From Poseidonia sp. (GTDB lineage Archaea > Thermoplasmatota > Poseidoniia > Poseidoniales > Poseidoniaceae): a stretch of 38,278 nt of DNA. Position 1 is the first letter of the stretch. Each line of letters starts with the position of its first letter. The DNA lies in contig JAYQAK010000002.1 of NCBI GenBank assembly GCA_038136695.1, forward strand, positions 8,561-46,838. Reading direction: 5' to 3'. The notes beneath the pieces were generated by a model, which was not told where the DNA came from, searched no databases, and worked only from the letters and a program-made list of their open reading frames with translations. Shown here piece after piece: positions 1-7,316 of this stretch. Both the position numbers and the translations under genes were made by a program.

Positions 1-1074
1 GTTGAGGAACTGATCGATGTACAGGGCTGGGACCGAGACATGAGCGTCACCACCCACAACGGGGAGCGAACCCTCTATGAAGCCCTCAAGAAGGATTTTG
101 AAGTCCACATGGCGAACAAAAAATTCGTTCATTCCCTGGCTGAAAAGGTGGTTTCCAGCGGGATGAAGATCTCGATGAACATGGTCTCCAGAACCCGCAA
201 CACGTCGACTTGGAACGCTACTGATGACGAATCGACGCCCTCCTCCTTGCGACCTTCACTCCCATCCGACGACCCGGCCTCCAAAGTGGAAGCCATCAAC
301 GCCGACGCCGACACCATCGCCGACTATCTCTGGACCAGAGACTACATTGACATCATGCGTGAATTTGATGTCAAGTACGCCCCTGAAGAATTCTTGGAAC
401 TCGCTGACAAACTGAAACCTCGGCTGTATTCCATTGCGTCGTCCCATGACGCTCACCCCGGCTTCGTTGAATTGACCGTGGGTATCGTTCGCTTCGAATA
501 CAACGGTCGAGCCCGTGGTGGCCTTTGCACCCAATTCATGGCCGATGAAATTGACACGTCCGGTGCACCCATTGGCGTCTTCATGTCGCCCACCAAGTCG
601 TTCATCCTCCCTGAAGACAAAGAAACCGACATCATCATGGTCGGACCCGGTACAGGCATCGCACCGTTCCGTGCCTTCATGGAACAGCGTGTGCACGACG
701 GCGGTTCCGGCAAAAACTGGTTGTTCTTTGGCGACCAATCCGCGAAGACCGAGTTCTATTACAAGGACGAAATCGAAGGATGGTTGGATGAGGGGCATCT
801 CTACCGCTTCACCACGGCATGGTCCCGCGACCAAGAAGAGAAGATTTACGTTCAACATCGTCTCAAGGAACACGGCGCTGAAATTTGGGAGTGGTTCGAG
901 CGAGGCGCTTACTTCTACATCTGTGGCGACAAGCAGTACATGGCCAAGGACGTTCACCGAGCCTTGATCCAAATCGCCATCGACCACGGCGGTATGTCCG
1001 AAGACGACGCCACGCACTTCATCGAGAAGACCATGATGAAGGAGCAAAAGCGCTACCTGCGTGACGTGTATTGA
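1..1074 (+). CDS. CysJ-like (sulfite reductase NADPH flavoprotein / CPR family) FAD- and NADPH-binding oxidoreductase, 5'-truncated by the window edge
   Basis: The frame is open from nt 1 (VEELIDVQGWDRD precedes the listed ATG at 40). Motifs: RLYSIASS (FAD), GGLCTQFM, IIMVGPGTGIAPFRAFMEQR (NADPH), NWLFFGDQ, YVQHRL, FYICGD..MAKDV and C-terminal RYLRDVY. These are colinear with the C-terminal half of CysJ. Confidence 0.85.
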   Translation, partial: VEELIDVQGWDRDMSVTTHNGERTLYEALKKDFEVHMANKKFVHSLAEKVVSSGMKISMNMVSRTRNTSTWNATDDESTPSSLRPSLPSDDPASKVEAINADADTIADYLWTRDYIDIMREFDVKYAPEEFLELADKLKPRLYSIASSHDAHPGFVELTVGIVRFEYNGRARGGLCTQFMADEIDTSGAPIGVFMSPTKSFILPEDKETDIIMVGPGTGIAPFRAFMEQRVHDGGSGKNWLFFGDQSAKTEFYYKDEIEGWLDEGHLYRFTTAWSRDQEEKIYVQHRLKEHGAEIWEWFERGAYFYICGDKQYMAKDVHRALIQIAIDHGGMSEDDATHFIEKTMMKEQKRYLRDVY

Positions 1075-1539
1075 TCAATCCATCGGCAGCGGTATGCTCA
1101 CCACCGGGAGACCGGCCTTCTGTGCGGTTTCTTCCATCCGCTTGGTCCATTTTGATTTCGGACCGGGAAACGCCAACATGTGCGTGGCATACTTGACCAT
1201 TCGGTCGGCGAGGTCCGCTACCGCTTCAGGCCGCCCCGTGTCTTCGGCCCTGTTTGGGCGAGGGCTCGTCCATGCTTCTTGAAAAACAACCAGTGGGATG
1301 TTGTTGTTGTCTGCCCAACGTTCAGCCAAATAATCAACACCACTGGCGCCTCCTAAAATCACCACATCCGGATATCCGTTGTACTTGACCCACAACTCAA
1401 GTTCTTGCTCGATAAAGCTGTAGTCATAGTAGCGTGAATTGCCACAAATGATGAGGTTGATCACAACACCATCGTTGTTGAGGTCCTTCCCTGCAAGTTT
1501 TGCAAGTGCGCCCTCTCCTGAATTACCGTTTCCGCCCAT
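1075..1539 (-). CDS. DUF2493 / SLOG-family (YspA-like) nucleotide-binding-fold protein
   Basis: ATG at 1539. The core VINLIICGNSRYYDY...PDVVILGGASGVDYLAERWA...IPLVVF...MLAFPG...AGLPVVSI matches the DUF2493 pattern (Rossmann-like, GGAxGxD...WA). The N-terminus is Gly/Asn-rich. Its stop codon abuts the CysJ-like stop (TGATCA at 1072-1077). Confidence 0.65.
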   Translation of the reverse strand: MGGNGNSGEGALAKLAGKDLNNDGVVINLIICGNSRYYDYSFIEQELELWVKYNGYPDVVILGGASGVDYLAERWADNNNIPLVVFQEAWTSPRPNRAEDTGRPEAVADLADRMVKYATHMLAFPGPKSKWTKRMEETAQKAGLPVVSIPLPMD

Positions 1540-1812
1540 GTGTGGCTATAGGTGTGTGTGCATATCAATCTTGGGCCCGAAATCCATAAAAATCCCCGAA
1601 AAACTGAAATTAAAACCCGCATCTTGTCTTTTTCTAGCCTTCTTCCCATCGCAACCTGCTTGGGAACTCCCAAGATTGGTTGGTAAGAAGATGACAGAAA
1701 GAAACATGCTTGAAACCTCGTCATTGTGTCCGCCTGTGGCCTGTAGCGAGAACACAAACAAGCGGAAGAACCGACCGCTTTGCTCATAGATTGACTCGGC
1801 TGACATTGTTGC
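1540..1812. promoter_or_regulatory. Divergent intergenic region between the SLOG gene and biotin carboxylase; AT-rich, TATA-like tracts and a 7+7 palindrome
   Basis: At 273 nt this is the largest non-coding gap in the window. ATAAAAAT at about 1585-1592 reads TTTTTAT on the minus strand, about 46-54 nt upstream of the SLOG ATG. The perfect inverted repeat CTTGGGA-ac-TCCCAAG lies at 1659-1674. Confidence 0.35.
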
Positions 1813-3153
1813 ATGGGCTTCAAGCGGGTGCTGATTGCCAACAGAGGAGAAATCGCGCTTCGGATTTTGAGAACGCTCCGTGACATGGGCATTGAAGCGG
1901 CCATCATTCATGGCCGAGAAGACCGCTTGTCGCTTCCGGTCCAAATGGCCGACATCGCCTACCCCAACTACCGAACCAATCCGTTGGATTCCTATCTTGA
2001 CATCGAAGCCGTTGTCCAAGCGGCGAAAGAACTCGAGTGTGACGCCGTCCATCCCGGCTACGGTTTTTTGGCCGAGAACGCCGCTTTCGTCGCTCGCCTT
2101 GAGGAAGAGGGCATCACTTTCATTGGGCCAGCCTCAGGTGTTATCACGCTGCTTGGTGACAAGATCGAGGCACGAGCGGCCATGGAAGCGGCCGGTCTTC
2201 CCACAGCCAAGGGCTCCTCTGAACCGATTGCCAGTGCAGATGTCGCCAGTGCTCTAGCGGATGAGATTGGCTATCCTGTCATCATCAAAGCAGCTGCTGG
2301 CGGCGGTGGCATCGGCATGCAAATCGTTGAGCAAGCCGACCAGTTTGAAAGTGCCCTCAAACTCTGCCAGTCTCGTGCGAAGTCAGCCTTCGGCGACGAG
2401 CGCGTCTTCGTTGAGAAGTACATTCAGGGCGCGCAGCACGTTGAATTCCAGGTGCTGGCTGACGGGAAAAACGCCATCCATTTCGGCGAGCGCTTCTGCT
2501 CCATCCAGCGCCGTCACCAGAAACTCGTCGAAGAAGGCCCGTGGCTCACGGACGAAAAGCGAGCCGAAATTGGAGCATTGGTGTGCAAGGGAGCAGAATC
2601 CGTTGGCTACAAGGGGTTGGCGACCTTTGAGTTCCTTCGGGATGCCAACGGCGACTTTTACTTCCTCGAGGTGAACCCCCGTGTTCAGGTTGAACACACC
2701 GTAACGGAGCTCATCACCGGACACAACCTCGTCGAACTTGGCATTCGTGTCGCCCAAGGTGAAGCCCTCCCCCTCAAGCAAGAGGACATCACGTGGCGGG
2801 GCCATGCCATCCAGTGTCGTCTCAATGCGGAGGACCCGAGGGAGTTTGTCCCAAGTCCCGGCCGATTGTGGGAATGTCATTTCCCCAGCGGCTTCGGTAT
2901 CCGTTGCGACACCCACGCTCACGCTGGTTACGAAATGCCGGGCTGTTTCGATTCCCTTCTCGCCAAATTGCTGGTATGGGGCAGGGACCGCGAGGACGCC
3001 GTTCGTCGAATGAAGACGGCCCTGGACGAAACGATGATCACGGGTGTGGAACACCTCATTCCACTGCATCGCCGCATCATGGACGAGAACGATTTCAACA
3101 ACGGCGATATCACGATTCAGTACATCGAGATGCATCAGGAACTGCTCGGTTGA
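1813..3153 (+). CDS. accC: Biotin carboxylase (biotin-dependent acetyl-CoA or pyruvate carboxylase, subunit A)
   Basis: ATG at 1813, 446 aa. The N-terminus reads KRVLIANRGEIALRILRTLRDMGI. ATP-grasp motifs: GYPVIIKAAAGGGGIGM, HVEFQVLADG, CSIQRRHQKLVEE, FLEVNPRVQVEHTVTE. The length and motif order are typical of AccC/PycA. No BCCP or carboxyltransferase gene is adjacent, so the partner enzyme is unresolved. Confidence 0.9.
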   Translation: MGFKRVLIANRGEIALRILRTLRDMGIEAAIIHGREDRLSLPVQMADIAYPNYRTNPLDSYLDIEAVVQAAKELECDAVHPGYGFLAENAAFVARLEEEGITFIGPASGVITLLGDKIEARAAMEAAGLPTAKGSSEPIASADVASALADEIGYPVIIKAAAGGGGIGMQIVEQADQFESALKLCQSRAKSAFGDERVFVEKYIQGAQHVEFQVLADGKNAIHFGERFCSIQRRHQKLVEEGPWLTDEKRAEIGALVCKGAESVGYKGLATFEFLRDANGDFYFLEVNPRVQVEHTVTELITGHNLVELGIRVAQGEALPLKQEDITWRGHAIQCRLNAEDPREFVPSPGRLWECHFPSGFGIRCDTHAHAGYEMPGCFDSLLAKLLVWGRDREDAVRRMKTALDETMITGVEHLIPLHRRIMDENDFNNGDITIQYIEMHQELLG

Positions 3154-3171
3154 CATTGAGAGGTGGTTGTC

Positions 3172-4095
3172 ATGAGCGTTCTCATCGTTGGAAGTCTTGC
3201 GTACGATTCTGTTTCCTCGCCGGCAGGACAGGTGGTGGATGCACTTGGGGGCTCGGCCACTTACGGCGGACTTTCATGCCAGTTTCATCTCCAACGTCTC
3301 AACCTTGCAGGTGCAGGTTTGGTTGGTGTGGTCGGTTCGGACTTTGCAGAAAAAGACCGCACTGTCCTGGAAGATGCTGGATTGGACCTTTCAGGTTTGG
3401 TCGTTGCCGAGGGCGAGACCTTCCGATGGGAAGGCGCCTACACAGGGGCCATGGCGGAGGCCGAAACCCTGGCCACCTATCTGAACGTCTTCGAGCACTT
3501 CCAACCCGAGGTTCCCGAGCACCTCAACACCCCAGTGGTTCTTTTTTGTGCAAACCTTCACCCTGCGATTCAACAAAGCGTGATCGAACAAACCACGCCT
3601 CGGCGGCTCACCATGCTCGATTCAATGAACCTCTGGATTTCAATCGCCAGGGATGCCCTGCTTGAAACCATGCGCATGGTGGATTTGGTCATCATCAACG
3701 ATGGTGAGGTTCGAATGTTGATGGATGATGCCAACATCGTCCGGGCGATGCAAGGGTTGGCGGAGATGACCGGTACGAACACCCTCGTGGTGAAACGAGG
3801 TGAGCACGGCGTTTTGGCGCTTCACGACGGCTCCTTCATCGCCTTGCCGGCCTACCCAACCCCAGATGTCGTTGACCCGACCGGTTGCGGCGATACGTTT
3901 GCCGGTGCGCTGGCTGCCCATCTCTCGCAACGTACTTCCGCCCTGACAAGGGGAGAACTTCACGAAGGCCTGATGGTGGCTACCGTATCGGCCAGTTTTA
4001 CGCTCGAGGCGTTTGGCACCCAAGCTCTTCGTGCCCTTGACGGTGCGGCTTTTGCCGAGCGGTTCGCCTCCTATGTGACCATGTTGCAGGGATGA
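3172..4095 (+). CDS. PfkB/ribokinase-family carbohydrate or nucleoside kinase
   Basis: The listed ORF start at 3163 is GTG. The ATG at 3172 sits 5-6 nt after GAGAGGTGG (SD-like), which gives MSVLIVGSLAYD. The C-terminal signature DPTGCGDTFAGALAAHL is the PfkB anion-hole/catalytic motif. It lies 18 nt downstream of accC, so the two are probably co-transcribed. Confidence 0.8.
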   Translation: MSVLIVGSLAYDSVSSPAGQVVDALGGSATYGGLSCQFHLQRLNLAGAGLVGVVGSDFAEKDRTVLEDAGLDLSGLVVAEGETFRWEGAYTGAMAEAETLATYLNVFEHFQPEVPEHLNTPVVLFCANLHPAIQQSVIEQTTPRRLTMLDSMNLWISIARDALLETMRMVDLVIINDGEVRMLMDDANIVRAMQGLAEMTGTNTLVVKRGEHGVLALHDGSFIALPAYPTPDVVDPTGCGDTFAGALAAHLSQRTSALTRGELHEGLMVATVSASFTLEAFGTQALRALDGAAFAERFASYVTMLQG

Positions 4096-4096
4096 A

Positions 4097-5554
4097 TCAG
4101 TCTTCATCAAGGCGAGGTACATTGACCGTTTCTTCCTCGCCTCGACTGGGTTGTAAATCGCTGAACGAGAGGGTGTCCAAATCGGGTTCTCGTTCGCTTT
4201 GGATGGTGTTGGCTGCAGCAAGAATTTCTTCGGTCCTTGCTTTCAAGCGTGCGGTTTCTTCGGCATCCAACACACCTCCGTTTGCCTCCGAGAGGTTGGC
4301 CATGACGGCGCTCGGTTCGGGACGACTCGCTTCGGCTTGCTCTCGCAGCGCTCCGGAGGTTTCCGTTGTCGCAAAGGGTCGAGGCCGTTGAGCGGGTCGA
4401 AGTCGATTGATGATTCCCTCCGAACGGGAGCGCAAGGTGTTGGCCCATGCTTCTCTGCGTGAGGCGTTTGGTCGTAGTGAACGTGCCCGACGTGGCTCAA
4501 ACATGGTGTCCTCGATGGTACGCTGTGGCCGCGGAGCCAAGAGGGATTCTCGCTGAACTTCGGGGTGGGTGGGTTCAACGGGGGAATCAAGCATTTCGGC
4601 ATCGAGCACCTGTAGCTCGTCCAGAAGGGGTACGTCAGGCGAGTCTTCTACCGATGCGGGCATGAGGCCGCGACCATGGGCTTGATCTCGGTTCAAGAAC
4701 GAAGGGAAGAACACCTGTGCGCTATGGTCGGAAGGCTCTCCTTGGTGCATCGGTGGTGTGGAAAAGGGAACAAGCACGGGTCGGTTGACGGGTGTTGGGC
4801 TGTGATCGTCGGGATAGGTGTTGGCCGTCATGGTTGTTTGGGTGGCAATATAGCCTGGAATAAGATGAGGCATCATGCTGCTGATCACCGGTTCGGGTTC
4901 TTGAGTTGGCGTCCATTCTGGAACGATGTCGTCCAGGTCCCATTCGGTGGGTTCGGTATCTTCGTCGTTGGAGGCGAGGAACATGTCCACCGGTTTGGGC
5001 GTGTGAATGGCGACCGGAAGTTCCGGAGCCGGTAGGACATGGGCCGCTGACCAATCGGAGGTGCTTTCGGTTTCAATGGCTGCCAACATCCGCCTGACTT
5101 CCGACAAGGATTTCCCGTTGGCTAGATGGTGGAACATGAAACTGAGCCGATTGAGGATGCGCTCGTTCCCGTGCACCACGAAGTTGTCACCTGAGGTGGT
5201 TTGCATGGCCAAGGTCGGCTGTTTGGTGATGAATCGTGCCAAAACCATGGCACTTCCAGCGCCCATGAACGCCAATCGGTAGAGCGGAGGGACCATCAGC
5301 CTGTAGCCGATCCATAGCATGGCGAAACCAAGAATGAGCATCCATGCTGGTGCGAGGTTGGTCGAGTAATGCTTCATGGTGTGAATGGCGTTGATTCGAA
5401 CCTCAAAGGTGGCTTGCCGTTTGCCTTGGATGCTGAGCATCCGCTCATCAAGCGTGATCTTCACCCGTTCTGCTGGTTCGGCCAACCGCAGTGAGGTGAA
5501 CGTTTCAACGTCCGAGTCACCGGTTGGAACAGAACCCTGTCCAATCTCGTGCAT
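4097..5554 (-). CDS. Hypothetical membrane protein with a Pro/Glu-rich, probably disordered C-terminal half
   Basis: The listed start at 5587 is TTG; the first ATG is at 5554 (MHEIGQG). Two hydrophobic helices are present (APAWMLILGFAMLWIGY and LAFMGAGSAMVLARFI), flanked by short beta-rich segments reminiscent of a bacterial PH-like (YdbT-type) arrangement. About 300 aa of low-complexity P/E/S/T-rich sequence follows. I do not recognise a family. Confidence 0.5.
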   Translation of the reverse strand: MHEIGQGSVPTGDSDVETFTSLRLAEPAERVKITLDERMLSIQGKRQATFEVRINAIHTMKHYSTNLAPAWMLILGFAMLWIGYRLMVPPLYRLAFMGAGSAMVLARFITKQPTLAMQTTSGDNFVVHGNERILNRLSFMFHHLANGKSLSEVRRMLAAIETESTSDWSAAHVLPAPELPVAIHTPKPVDMFLASNDEDTEPTEWDLDDIVPEWTPTQEPEPVISSMMPHLIPGYIATQTTMTANTYPDDHSPTPVNRPVLVPFSTPPMHQGEPSDHSAQVFFPSFLNRDQAHGRGLMPASVEDSPDVPLLDELQVLDAEMLDSPVEPTHPEVQRESLLAPRPQRTIEDTMFEPRRARSLRPNASRREAWANTLRSRSEGIINRLRPAQRPRPFATTETSGALREQAEASRPEPSAVMANLSEANGGVLDAEETARLKARTEEILAAANTIQSEREPDLDTLSFSDLQPSRGEEETVNVPRLDED

Positions 5555-5646
5555 CCCGCTGCGCGTGCAGCCCTGCGAGGTTATCAAACCACCGCAGATT
5601 GAGTGGAATCTCGGTTGGAAAAACCGGGGTCAATCGAAACGCCGAA

Positions 5647-6672
5647 TCACGCATCGTGCTTGGTGGCCACGGCCGATCCCATGATGCGTGGCTTTGCGTC
5701 CAATTGGGCGATGAGCAATGGCGGAGGAGCGGTACGACGGATGAACAGCGGATGTTCCCATTCAACGACCATGGTCGTGCCGTTCACCGTTTGGATTCTG
5801 CCCACCACAAACTGGAGGTCGACGCTGGCATGGACAACGTCGCCCACCTCAAGGGCCCGCTTTTGGAACGGGGAGACGGTGAGGTCAATGGATGAGGAGG
5901 TGTGTTGCTCGAGAGCGAGCGGAACGGAGGTGTTGGTGCGTTTGTCCTCAACGGCGGGGTGAACGATGAGGGTGCTGCCGTTGAGGTGATCTTCGTTGGC
6001 GTTTCGAAGCGCCAAACCGACGCGGTCACCTGCTGAAGCCGTGTCCACATCGTCGTCCATGACCTGCAAGGACTTCGCCGTCCCGCCTCCGTTGGCCGGG
6101 AGGAGAACGAGTTCATCGTGCACCTTGACCTGACCTGCTTGGACGTACCCGATGGCCACCAAGCCGATGCCCTTCACGTTGAAATGTTGGTCCACGGGCA
6201 GCACCAACGGAGCAGCGGCGTTGGCCGCCAACACGCTATCGATGTCATCCATCAAGGCGTACATGCGTTGCCGAAGATGGATGCCGTCGTTGGCCTCAAA
6301 GGTCCATGCCGACAAGCCGGCTTGATTGAACAGCATTTTCACTTGGTCTTCATCCACCCACGACCCTTGGGGCGGGTTGATGACAGCGAGACCCCGCTTG
6401 ATGCCAGCGCTGGCAAAAGCGACCAACGCTTCGCCCAGCGTGGCATCAACGGCCGTCACTTCGATGATGCCGGCTTGGGCGGTTGACAAGGCGTTGAGAA
6501 ACGGACGCAAACGTTCGGGATATTTTGCTGGGCGAATCAACGAGATGATTCGGGCGCCATCCGGCCCGTTTTCCTTGTGCACATAGGTGTGGACGTCACG
6601 TTGGTCAGCCGCTTTCGCGATGCTTTTGGCCAATTCATCCGAGGCGATCACGGCGACGTTGAGGACGACCAT
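5647..6672 (-). CDS. EF-Tu/SelB-like protein with a degenerate G domain (EF-Tu domain-2 beta-barrel retained)
   Basis: ATG at 6672. Domain-2-like segment: LVLPVDQHFNVKGIGLVAIGYVQAGQVKVHDELVLLPANG..AKSLQVMDDDVDTASAGDRVGLALRN. At the N-terminus, NVAVIASDELAKSIAK replaces the GxxxxGK(S/T) P-loop. Confidence 0.6.
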   Translation of the reverse strand: MVVLNVAVIASDELAKSIAKAADQRDVHTYVHKENGPDGARIISLIRPAKYPERLRPFLNALSTAQAGIIEVTAVDATLGEALVAFASAGIKRGLAVINPPQGSWVDEDQVKMLFNQAGLSAWTFEANDGIHLRQRMYALMDDIDSVLAANAAAPLVLPVDQHFNVKGIGLVAIGYVQAGQVKVHDELVLLPANGGGTAKSLQVMDDDVDTASAGDRVGLALRNANEDHLNGSTLIVHPAVEDKRTNTSVPLALEQHTSSSIDLTVSPFQKRALEVGDVVHASVDLQFVVGRIQTVNGTTMVVEWEHPLFIRRTAPPPLLIAQLDAKPRIMGSAVATKHDA

Positions 6673-6712
6673 GTTCCAACGACCTGCCTTTGCTTGATGA
6701 ATCCATAGGTGG

Positions 6713-7216
6713 TCATTCTTTGCGCTTGGCCTTTTGGGCCAGCATGTTGTCTCGAATGGCTTTGGCCTTGTTCCAGTCCTCGGTTTGCTCCTCTGAAGAA
6801 GGTGTGAATTGAGGCACAGGGATGGGGCGCATCATGGAGTCAATGGCGACGAAAAAGAAGTACCCCTCACAAATGATGCTCTTTTCCCAGGTGGCCTTGC
6901 TCATGGTGTACGCCGTGACTTTTGTGCAAGCCGTGTGGCTGCTGGTGAAGACCACACGCCCGGTCACTTCCAACAGGTCGCCCTGGCGGGCAGGAGCGAT
7001 GAAGGTGAGTGTGTCGATGGAAATCGTAACAAATTCTCGGTGGGCAAATTTGGCACAAGCGATGCCACCTGCTTTGTCCATCAGCGAGAGCAATCGCCCA
7101 CCAAACAAGGTGTCGTAGGCGTTGGTGTCTTGTGGAAACACCTCTTCAATCAAGGTCACCGGTTCGGTGGAATAAGGCTCCATGAACCTGCCAACCTGTT
7201 CTCCCTCATAACTCAT
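6713..7216 (-). CDS. Acyl-CoA thioesterase, hotdog fold (YciA/BFIT-type)
   Basis: Core: VFPQDTNAYDTLFGGRLLSLMDKAGGIACAKFAH..FVTISIDTLTFIAPARQGDLLEVTGRVVFTSSHTA. The listed ORF runs to 7540 but would overlap the 7317 gene. The internal ATG at 7216 (MSYEGEQ...) gives a typical 167-aa thioesterase and leaves a 100-nt divergent promoter gap. An ATG at 7183 (MEPY...) is an alternative. Confidence 0.8.
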   Translation of the reverse strand: MSYEGEQVGRFMEPYSTEPVTLIEEVFPQDTNAYDTLFGGRLLSLMDKAGGIACAKFAHREFVTISIDTLTFIAPARQGDLLEVTGRVVFTSSHTACTKVTAYTMSKATWEKSIICEGYFFFVAIDSMMRPIPVPQFTPSSEEQTEDWNKAKAIRDNMLAQKAKRKE

Positions 7217-7316
7217 CTTCAATTCAGCCAGCCAAAGGCCGTCAAATCGGTATGCAGAGTCGGCAGAGCGACGAGATTTTAGGTGGTCAAGGCCTCCGGG
7301 TAGCGTAGGTGACACC
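7217..7316. promoter_or_regulatory. Divergent promoter region between the thioesterase gene and the giant surface-protein operon
   Basis: This is a 100-nt gap between divergent starts. A weak TATA-like GATTTTAGG lies at about 7275-7283, 34-42 nt upstream of the ATG at 7317. The assignment is by position only. Confidence 0.25.

Noticed and set aside
2793-3665. A 290-aa off-frame plus-strand ORF bridging accC and the PfkB gene.
   Set aside because: It is out of frame with two strongly supported genes, and its product is Arg/Gly/Pro-rich with no motifs.
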